Source: a virus
Taxonomy: Duplodnaviria > Heunggongvirae > Uroviricota > Caudoviricetes
IMG/VR virus record: IMGVR_UViG_2547132272_000022
Direction: 5' to 3' (one strand)
DNA length: 6,801 bases
Below, piece after piece: positions 1 to 5,722 of the stretch. A program made the translations under genes and the position numbers. Position 1 is the stretch's first letter. Each line of letters begins with the position of its first letter. The notes under the pieces are model-generated. The model was not told where the DNA came from. It was given only the letters and a program-made list of their open reading frames with translations, and searched no databases.

Positions 1-446
1 CCGATCTAAACTGCCTCTCCGTGGTTCAGTATGCAGTGGATGTTCTCGAAGTTGAACATATTATTATTTGTGGCCACTATGGTTGCGGCGGCGTGCAAGC
101 TGCTGTTGAAAACCCGGAACTGGGGCTTATCAACAACTGGCTGCTGCACATCCGCGATATCTGGTTCAAACATAGCTCATTGCTCGGCGAAATGCCGCCG
201 GAACGTCGTCTGGATACCCTGTGCGAACTGAACGTAATGGAACAGGTATATAACCTGGGTCACTCCACCATTATGCAATCAGCGTGGAAACGCGGGCAGA
301 AAGTCACCATTCACGGCTGGGCTTACGGCATTCACGACGGCTTACTGCGTGACCTGGATGTCACAGCCACCAACCGCGAAACCCTGGAGCAACGTTACCG
401 CCACGGGATTTCCAACCTCAAGCTGAAGCACATCAACCACAAATAA
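1..446 (+). CDS. can: Beta-class carbonic anhydrase, 3' portion only (5' end lies upstream of the window; reading frame enters at nt 3)
   Basis: The open frame runs from the window edge to TAA at 444..446. The translation (...[31 protein letters not shown]...LKHINHK) matches the C-terminal part of E. coli Can as I recall it, with a few substitutions. Homology is by memory, not computed. Confidence 0.93.
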   Translation, partial: DLNCLSVVQYAVDVLEVEHIIICGHYGCGGVQAAVENPELGLINNWLLHIRDIWFKHSSLLGEMPPERRLDTLCELNVMEQVYNLGHSTIMQSAWKRGQKVTIHGWAYGIHDGLLRDLDVTATNRETLEQRYRHGISNLKLKHINHK

Positions 447-455
447 ATTCGCTAT

Positions 456-476
456 GCCGGATGCAACACATCCGGC
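456..476. terminator. Hairpin between the convergent can and hpt genes; probable bidirectional terminator
   Basis: Perfect 8-bp stem gccggatg (456..463) / catccggc (469..476) with a 5-nt loop, sitting 10 nt after the can stop and 10 nt after the hpt stop. There is no strong U-tract on either side, so efficiency is uncertain. Confidence 0.5.
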
Positions 477-486
477 AAATCCGCAC

Positions 487-1023
487 TTACTCGTCCAGCA
501 GAATCACTTTGCCGATATACGGCAGATGGCGGTAACGCTGTGCGTAATCAATACCGTAACCCACCACAAACTCATCCGGGATCGAGAAACCGATAAATTC
601 TACCGGGACGTTCACTTCACGGCGGGACGGTTTATCCAGCAGCGTACAAATCGCCAGCGACTTCGGTTCGCGCAGGCTTAAGATTTCACGCACTTTCGAC
701 AGTGTATTACCCGAGTCGATGATATCTTCAACAATCAGCACGTCCTTGCCACGGATATCTTCATCCAGATCTTTGAGGATTTTCACATCACGGGTGGTGG
801 ACATGCCGCTACCGTAGCTGGAGGCGGTCATAAAGTCGACTTCATGAGATACCTGAACTTCACGGCACAGGTCCGCCATAAACATAAATGAGCCACGCAG
901 CAGGCCTACCAGCACCATATCGCTGCCGCTGTCTTTGTAACGCTCAGTAATCTGACGACCCAGTTCGGCGATACGCGCTTTAATCTCCGCTTCGGGGATC
1001 ATTACTTCTACATAATGTTTCAT
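487..1023 (-). CDS. hpt: Hypoxanthine phosphoribosyltransferase
   Basis: 178-aa ORF, near-identical to E. coli Hpt as recalled. It carries the PRPP-binding motif [16 protein letters not shown] at 1021..1023 (minus strand), stop TAA at 487..489. Confidence 0.96.
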   Translation of the reverse strand: MKHYVEVMIPEAEIKARIAELGRQITERYKDSGSDMVLVGLLRGSFMFMADLCREVQVSHEVDFMTASSYGSGMSTTRDVKILKDLDEDIRGKDVLIVEDIIDSGNTLSKVREILSLREPKSLAICTLLDKPSRREVNVPVEFIGFSIPDEFVVGYGIDYAQRYRHLPYIGKVILLDE

Positions 1024-1217
1024 CTATCAAATAACCAATTGATTATTAATGAAATAACCATCATTTTTCATGCTTAAAAAAACAATATTGATACACCGAT
1101 TGATACACAAACAGAGAACGGCACAAAAAAAATGACAGAAAACAAGAGAACAACAAATTGAGTCGGGATTGTACCCGATCCCATAAAAGCTCACTAACGC
1201 TTTTAATGTATCTTTGT

Positions 1218-1261
1218 TGTAGACACAGAGTAATTACTCGCCTATCCTCACTGTAGACACA
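1218..1261. promoter_or_regulatory. Two direct copies of TGTAGACACA immediately upstream of the antitoxin gene; candidate autoregulatory operator
   Basis: TGTAGACACA occurs at 1218..1227 and 1252..1261, the second copy ending 25 nt before the antitoxin ATG. The role is inferred from position only; type II antitoxins commonly bind repeats in their own promoter. Confidence 0.35.
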
Positions 1262-1285
1262 CAATAGATACAGGAGTTAACCCAC

Positions 1286-1534
1286 ATGCGCACACAGGTT
1301 GTATTGCAAAAATGGGGTAACAGCATTGCCCTTCGACTAACGGGAAACCTTAAAACCGTTCCGGGTTTTTCAGTGGGTGATATCGTCAACGTTGAAATTA
1401 GTGAAAAGGGGCTTTTTGTAGAAAAGCCTGCACGCCGTCGCCTGAGTGAAGCCGAATTACTCGCCGGGATAACGCCAGTTACAGCGCACGCGGACGAAAT
1501 TGCCACCCCATTCAATGAGGAGGTTGATTACTGA
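1286..1534 (+). CDS. MazE/PemI/ChpS-family antitoxin (AbrB/SpoVT-type fold)
   Basis: 82-aa ORF with RBS caggag 8 nt upstream of the ATG. The N-terminal KWGNS...R signature and overall pattern resemble MazE and ChpS. Its TGA stop overlaps the start of the next gene (TGATG at 1532..1536). Confidence 0.85.
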   Translation: MRTQVVLQKWGNSIALRLTGNLKTVPGFSVGDIVNVEISEKGLFVEKPARRRLSEAELLAGITPVTAHADEIATPFNEEVDY

Positions 1535-1878
1535 TGTTTGTACCTAAGCGTGGTGATATTTGCTGGCTGGATTTTGAGCCGCAGAAAGGAAAAGAGATCG
1601 GAAAGTATCGCCCGGCACTCATACTATCCCATGAGCAATATAACCGACTCACCGGGCTTGTCATATGCTGCCCCATAAGTACGAGCATACGAAATGCTCC
1701 CACAGAAGTTCCGGTAACAAATCTGGACGCCCCCAGCGTGGTAGCAACCACACTCATTCAAACCCTTGACTGGCGTCAGCGGAAAGCGCGCTTAATCACA
1801 GAGGCAGAAGATGGGGTATTTAATGATGTGCTTGAAAGAGTCATTACCCTGATTGGTGGAGAGCATCTGCTTAAGTAA
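1534..1878 (+). CDS. MazF/PemK/ChpB-family toxin (putative sequence-specific endoribonuclease)
   Basis: 114-aa ORF with RBS gaggagg 9 nt upstream. The translation aligns by eye with E. coli MazF (P.RGDI.W.DF.P.KG.E....RPALILS...YN..TG...CP.ST), and start/stop coupling with the upstream antitoxin is typical of type II TA operons. Confidence 0.88.
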   Translation: MFVPKRGDICWLDFEPQKGKEIGKYRPALILSHEQYNRLTGLVICCPISTSIRNAPTEVPVTNLDAPSVVATTLIQTLDWRQRKARLITEAEDGVFNDVLERVITLIGGEHLLK

Positions 1879-1881
1879 AAG

Positions 1882-1899
1882 GAGGGCTGAGAAGCCCTC
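1882..1899. terminator. Hairpin between the convergent toxin gene and gene B; possible bidirectional terminator
   Basis: Perfect 7-bp stem gagggct (1882..1888) / agccctc (1893..1899) with loop gaga, 4 nt after the toxin stop and 22 nt after the gene B stop. Flanking U-tracts are weak. Confidence 0.4.
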
Positions 1900-1921
1900 A
1901 ACGTTACCAGAAATTTCCTTG

Positions 1922-3193
1922 CTATTCTTTCCAGTCAATCCCATCCAGTAAGCACCCTGCCTCATATTGCCCCACCACCCAGTCAAGGTTACAGGACTCA
2001 TAGAACGCGAGGCGATTATACTGAGGCTCGTTTTTTACCAGGCCACGAACGGAACCACGCTGCCAGTACAGACACAGATTGGCAAGAGGTGTGATCAATA
2101 CAGCATTGTCCGGGAAAAATGGAACGGTTACAGCCGGGAGATTCCCCAGAACGGGATTTTTAATGATTTCCTCGTTAAGCAAAATTTCCTGATTCATCTG
2201 CGATGGATCAAGACGGTTTATCAAAGGCCATTGTTTACGGACCAGCGTATTGTGACTGCATACGGCCACAATGCCTTCCTGCCACTGTTCATCAATCATG
2301 GATTGCCAGGCATCCAGAACGAGCGCATCTATCGTATGGTGTGTACCGCGTGTATTACTTTTCGGTGATGAAACAGAAAGGCCGCTGATAACCCTTCCCG
2401 CCGCTTCATTTCGAAACTTCTGCAACCAGCCCACGCCGCAATCGTCACGCCCCGGATATGTTTTAGGGTCAGATTCGGCGGCATAATGTGTGCCGTTAAA
2501 ACCAATCTGAATTAAATCCAGCCATTTCCGGCGTTCAAAAGCGGCCCGCGCACTTCCTTCAAGGCCGTTTGCGGATGCGTGAGCATCGGCATTGTCGTAG
2601 CTCAACGCAAAATCAAAATTAACCTGCTCGCAGCGGTAGCCCCTTGAAACCAGTGAATGCGCCTGTAGTGGCGAACGGCGCTCGTGAGGTGGCGATGTAC
2701 GTGCCAACGGCCCCGAAGCGTCTACCAGCACAACCCGACCTGATATATCCGTAACAGGCACGGGCGTTATTTCAGCAAGGAAATTTGCCTGCCATCCACT
2801 GGCAAGCGTTGCACTCTGGCGGGGAACGGGTTCAACTTCTGACGAATAGCGCGCAGTGTCACCGGAAAAGTGCAAATCCTTCGGATGTTTTCCGGTTATC
2901 GACTCGATAGCGCAATTGAAAACCATCTGAGCCTGTTGATTTCGTTGTGATACAACAGAATCAGCAGTGCAATTATAACGCTCAATGCCGTCGTTATTAC
3001 CCCCACCGCTTGCAGTATGCAGGGTGTGAAGCTCAAGCTCACGCTCCAGTTTTTGATATTCATTGTCCAGCGCGCGACGCGTCTCATCGCTTATGCTTGC
3101 TGTGTTTGCTTTCAGGCGATTCCGGGACATTAATCCCCTGAGTCGGCTCACTATATCAGCGCCGTGCAAATGTGGAGTATTCAGACCGCCCAT
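1922..3193 (-). CDS. Hypothetical protein B (423 aa), distal gene of the two-gene operon; function unknown
   Basis: Long uninterrupted minus-strand ORF. The ATG at 3191..3193 overlaps the TAA stop of gene A by one base (TAATG), a classic translational-coupling arrangement. I recognise no Walker, nuclease, HEPN, reverse-transcriptase or nucleotidyltransferase motif by eye. An in-frame ATG further upstream (3334) would add 47 aa but overlaps gene A by 142 nt. Confidence 0.7.
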   Translation of the reverse strand: MGGLNTPHLHGADIVSRLRGLMSRNRLKANTASISDETRRALDNEYQKLERELELHTLHTASGGGNNDGIERYNCTADSVVSQRNQQAQMVFNCAIESITGKHPKDLHFSGDTARYSSEVEPVPRQSATLASGWQANFLAEITPVPVTDISGRVVLVDASGPLARTSPPHERRSPLQAHSLVSRGYRCEQVNFDFALSYDNADAHASANGLEGSARAAFERRKWLDLIQIGFNGTHYAAESDPKTYPGRDDCGVGWLQKFRNEAAGRVISGLSVSSPKSNTRGTHHTIDALVLDAWQSMIDEQWQEGIVAVCSHNTLVRKQWPLINRLDPSQMNQEILLNEEIIKNPVLGNLPAVTVPFFPDNAVLITPLANLCLYWQRGSVRGLVKNEPQYNRLAFYESCNLDWVVGQYEAGCLLDGIDWKE

Positions 3194-3903
3194 TACTGCC
3201 ACCCCCGGCAGAGTTCTCTGCCCTCCGCAAGGTCGCGCATTTTTTCTGGATTCTGTCGCGCCGCGCTCCATTGTACAGGTGAAGGGGCGTTCCTGATTGC
3301 GCGGCTTACCGAATCCGGGAGTTTCTCCGGGCAATAACGCAGCGGGCTGGAGGTGTCGCTTTCGGTATCGTTAATCCGGCCGCGAATCATCCCGACACTT
3401 TCAGCAGTATCTGTCGCTTTCAGTGTTTCGCATATTTTCTTTTCTGCGTTATACAGCGGCTGGCCAAGCAGCTCACATAAACCACGAATCAATAACAGAG
3501 CAGGGGTCAGCTCGTTAATCAGTTCGGGAAGTGCTTTTGCAAATATCTCTGCCCGCAACTTATTATCAATGCTTTCGTAAGCACAACCAGCCTCTGCCGC
3601 GTTATAACGACACTCCAGTAGCCTGATGCGCGCCTCATCATGCAGCACCCGCAGACGCTCAAGATTTTCTCGCGCCACACCCGCCTGAATGGATAATTTC
3701 GCGGAGGCTTCCGTTTTTACGCCCAGCGCAGACAGGATTGAGTTCTGCCAGTCACGATCGAGAGATTCCAGCTCCCCTTTCGTCTGTTCGATAGTTGCTT
3801 CCAGATTGGTGATTAATGATTCCTGTTCACTGAGTTTTGCCATGGCTGCATCAAACTGTGCTTTACATACCTGATGTTCGGCGCTTGCCTGAGTTATATC
3901 CAT
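3193..3903 (-). CDS. Hypothetical protein A (236 aa), predicted helical and coiled-coil-rich N-terminal half; function unknown
   Basis: Minus-strand ORF with RBS caggag 6 nt upstream of the ATG at 3901..3903. The N-terminal ~100 residues are rich in E, L, A, K and R in a heptad-like pattern. No catalytic motif recognised. Confidence 0.72.
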   Translation of the reverse strand: MDITQASAEHQVCKAQFDAAMAKLSEQESLITNLEATIEQTKGELESLDRDWQNSILSALGVKTEASAKLSIQAGVARENLERLRVLHDEARIRLLECRYNAAEAGCAYESIDNKLRAEIFAKALPELINELTPALLLIRGLCELLGQPLYNAEKKICETLKATDTAESVGMIRGRINDTESDTSSPLRYCPEKLPDSVSRAIRNAPSPVQWSAARQNPEKMRDLAEGRELCRGWQ

Positions 3904-4068
3904 TATTTGCTCCTGTAATACATTTTTTTACTTACGCCGATTTTTTCCATATTGCGTAATACATTCCAGCCGATTTTGTTCTCGTAATACGCTCACAATA
4001 CTGTTGTATTACGCTTTCTTATATCGCGGGTGTTAAATCCCGGCATAAACAATCAGGGAGGCAACACG
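3904..4068. promoter_or_regulatory. Divergent intergenic control region between gene A (-) and the small RHH-like gene (+), containing several copies of a CGTA-N-TACG palindromic motif
   Basis: GTAATAC occurs at 3915..3921, 3956..3962 and 3984..3990, and GTATTAC at 4006..4012. The copies at 3984 and 4006 form an inverted repeat. Promoters for both divergent units must lie here; exact -35/-10 boxes are not assigned. Confidence 0.4.
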
Positions 4069-4302
4069 ATGAAAAAACAAAAGAAAATGCGATGCGTATT
4101 ACGCTGTATTCGTATCCCGCACGAAATCGACCATAAAATAAATCAGATATGTCAGGACAGAGAGATGAACTACTCCCAGTGCGTCAGAATGTTTATCAGT
4201 CAGGGAATTAAGGCCGGGGAAACGCAGGAAGAAGACTGCAACGGGCGCAATGTAGCGGGGGATGTGTGGGCCTGGGCAAATGACCAGAACCACACGACGT
4301 AA
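4069..4302 (+). CDS. Small putative DNA-binding protein (77 aa), possibly ribbon-helix-helix type
   Basis: ATG at 4069 is preceded by a strong RBS agggagg (4055..4061). The N-terminus MKKQKKMRCVLRCIRIP (basic, then alternating hydrophobic residues) followed by two predicted helices fits an RHH/Arc-like pattern. This is my reading of the sequence, not a computed fold. The track ORF begins at 4030 but lacks an RBS there. Confidence 0.45.
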   Translation: MKKQKKMRCVLRCIRIPHEIDHKINQICQDREMNYSQCVRMFISQGIKAGETQEEDCNGRNVAGDVWAWANDQNHTT

Positions 4303-4352
4303 TACAGAAATAACGCAGCCGGTCACACTCGCTGGCTGTGTTATACAAATCA

Positions 4353-4535
4353 CTATGAAGTTTTCGACTTCCTGCGCTTAGTAATGCGTACAAACGACTC
4401 AAGCGTACAAAAACAAGCCCCACACTCAATATTATTGCACTGGTAATACGTTCTGTAGATGTTTTGTTCGTGTTCTTCCAACGAACGACCACGGGTGCGG
4501 GCTGAAGCGCCACAGGCCGGGCAAGGGAAAGACAT
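4353..4535 (-). CDS. Ogr/Delta-family zinc-finger protein (phage P2 late-gene activator homologue), 60 aa
   Basis: Translation MSFPCPACGASARTRGR...YYQCNNIECGACFCTLESFVR matches the Cys4 architecture and spacing of P2 Ogr (CPLC...HQCQNVNCSATFITYESVQR) as recalled. RBS aagaggag lies 6 nt upstream, and a perfect TATAAT -10 hexamer lies on the minus strand at 4570..4575. Confidence 0.75.
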   Translation of the reverse strand: MSFPCPACGASARTRGRSLEEHEQNIYRTYYQCNNIECGACFCTLESFVRITKRRKSKTS

Positions 4536-4897
4536 ATCACGCTCCTCTTACTGGTGTGAAATTTAACCTATTATATCTTCTGCCGCCCCCTCTGGCTGTA
4601 TCAAATAAACCCGCAGCAGTCGCCGCGTATTACGCACGGGCGCGCCGTTCCCATGCTCACTCGTCACATTCCCCGTATCAGTTCTCTCTTGCCGTAAGAA
4701 CGGCTCTGGCTGGCGATAAAACTAACCCGGTCGGGGCATTCCCGCAGCCTTTAGCGAAAATGTAATTTACCCCCTGAAACGCGTGCTGTTCCCCCGTCAC
4801 CTGCGCGCGAAAAACTCACCGTTTTTTGTGCACGCACGAAATCGCCCTCCGGGCGCGCCAGTACTGGGCCGGATGGGCAAAAAGTTACTCTAAAAAA

Positions 4898-4924
4898 TTG
4901 TGCAAATTTGTGCACTTTTGTGCA
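4898..4924. repeat. Three direct TTGTGCA repeats at an exact 10-bp period
   Basis: TTGTGCA at 4898..4904, 4908..4914 and 4918..4924, with a fourth TTGTGCAC at 4826..4833. The 10-bp spacing puts the copies on one helical face, as expected for cooperative protein binding. Confidence 0.6.
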
Positions 4925-5151
4925 GATGAACAATAGCGTCAAAAAGAGTGCTTTTGAGAGATTTTTTATGGCAACTGCGCCGCGTGTATTACGTTTTTTA
5001 CCATCCCCGCCGCGCATGTACATACTTCATTTTTCTGCCAAACAACAGGGCAACTCCCCGTGACTGACAGCCCCCAAAAAATCAATGATTGATGTTGCAT
5101 TTTTGTTAGAGGTCAGGCCAGTTGTTTTGGGGCTCTGCCTCATAATCCGGT

Positions 5152-5184
5152 GGGGGGTGCGCAAAGCGGTTACAACGGTTACAA
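5152..5184. repeat. Left arm of a 33-bp perfect inverted repeat
   Basis: ggggggtgcgcaaagcggttacaacggttacaa (5152..5184) is the exact reverse complement of 5433..5465. Confidence 0.9.
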
Positions 5185-5432
5185 CAGTCAAAAACACCAC
5201 TTAACAACATGATTTTAATGGATATTGTTTGTAACCGCTTTGCGGTTACACTGCGGTTACAACGGTTACAGGTTTAAAAAAGCACTTTATTATCAATCAA
5301 TTAAAAACTTAACCTGTAACCGCCTGTAACCTAACAAAACGGTTACATGTAACCGCGTTGTAACCGCTTTTGTAACTCATCCGACCAGTTATAATATATT
5401 GATATATAATACAAAAATAAGTAATTCTAAAT

Positions 5433-5468
5433 TTGTAACCGTTGTAACCGCTTTGCGCACCCCCCCCC
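5433..5468. repeat. Right arm of the 33-bp perfect inverted repeat, ending in a C9 homopolymer
   Basis: ttgtaaccgttgtaaccgctttgcgcac followed by nine C (5460..5468). The left arm has only six G, so the homopolymer is 3 nt longer on this side. Confidence 0.9.
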
Positions 5469-5722
5469 AAACTTTAGCGCGACCCTTTAAAATGTTAATT
5501 AAACTCACTTGCTCTGTCTCATTCTCATTAACTCTCTATGATTAAAATGTATCTCGTCATTATTTGACTCTTTCTGATAATCAGGGGAGGGAGAGCAAAA
5601 AAATTGATGGCGACACCGCTGCAATATGGCCACCATTGCATTGCTGTTACCGTTGGTTCTGGCCAACAAAAAAGGCCAGTGGAAAACTGACCTCTTTTGC
5701 TGTGAATGTGGCGTTCTGCGGG

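Larger units (their letters stand above)
5152..5468. repeat. Array of 13 GGTTAC/GTAACC hexamers in both orientations, interspersed with AT-rich stretches and bracketed by the 33-bp inverted repeat; candidate recombination site, iteron-type origin or regulator-binding array
   Basis: Hexamers begin at 5168, 5177, 5244, 5255, 5264 and 5341 (GGTTAC) and at 5231, 5316, 5326, 5349, 5360, 5435 and 5444 (GTAACC). The array includes a perfect palindrome gtaaccgctttgcggttac (5231..5249) and repeated GGTTACAACGGTTACA units. It lies 255 bp beyond the 3' end of the integrase gene and contains no ORF. Confidence 0.6.

Noticed and set aside
1205-1213. Shared 9-mer AATGTATCT at 1205..1213 and 5546..5554 as possible island-flanking direct repeats (att core)
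   Set aside because: A 9-bp match between two ~250-bp regions is expected by chance at roughly 1 in 4, and the surrounding bases do not extend the match. Not adequate evidence for att sites.
31-1757. Overlapping alternative-frame ORFs in the core and TA region (31..231, 454..681, 1061..1264, 1234..1515, 1512..1757, 1792..2001)
   Set aside because: Each overlaps a gene with strong homology support (can, hpt, antitoxin, toxin) or spans the hpt promoter region, and none has a convincing start context.
1922-3334. Longer 470-aa version of gene B starting at 3334
   Set aside because: It overlaps gene A by 142 nt in a different frame and lacks an RBS, whereas the ATG at 3193 is coupled to the gene A stop (TAATG). 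The longer form is kept as a low-interest finding but is not the primary call.
1967-3580. Several 60-133-aa plus-strand ORFs (1967..2368, 2203..2388, 2271..2486, 2947..3141, 3063..3296, 3353..3580) and minus-strand 2896..3087
   Set aside because: All are embedded in or antisense to the long gene A and gene B reading frames, without ribosome-binding sites. They are treated as frame shadows.
1922-3903. Retron or reverse-transcriptase-based system (common cargo in P2-like elements)
   Set aside because: Neither protein A nor B shows a recognisable reverse-transcriptase motif (no YxDD-type block), and no msr/msd-like structured non-coding RNA with flanking a1/a2 repeats was seen next to the operon.
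3904-4068. Ogr-dependent late promoter element (TGT-N12-ACA dyad) upstream of gene A
   Set aside because: I checked every TGT in the intergenic region for ACA 12 nt downstream and found none (the closest is TGT-N12-TAC at 3914..3931). There is no direct sequence support for Ogr-type activation of the A-B operon; this remains a hypothesis only.
4099-4540. Minus-strand ORFs 4099..4353 (84 aa) and 4208..4540 (110 aa)
   Set aside because: They conflict with the RHH-like gene (strong RBS) and with the Ogr-like reading frame (family-level similarity). The 4208..4540 ORF is in a different frame from the Ogr-like ORF and has no homology support.
4556-5023. 69-aa (+) and 90-aa (-) ORFs in the repeat-rich region
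   Set aside because: No RBS, proline/arginine/alanine-rich low-complexity translations, and they are built from the GC-rich palindromic motifs. More likely non-coding.
5152-5468. Possible CRISPR array, suggested by the many short repeats
   Set aside because: The repeats are 6-9 bp, occur in both orientations with irregular spacing of 8-11 bp, and have no spacer-like unique segments of 28-40 bp. No cas genes are present. This is not a CRISPR array.
5659-5679. Hairpin ctggcc-N9-ggccag downstream of the integrase stop as an intrinsic terminator
   Set aside because: The loop is long (9 nt), the stem is only 6 bp, and no U-tract follows on the integrase strand. Too weak to call.
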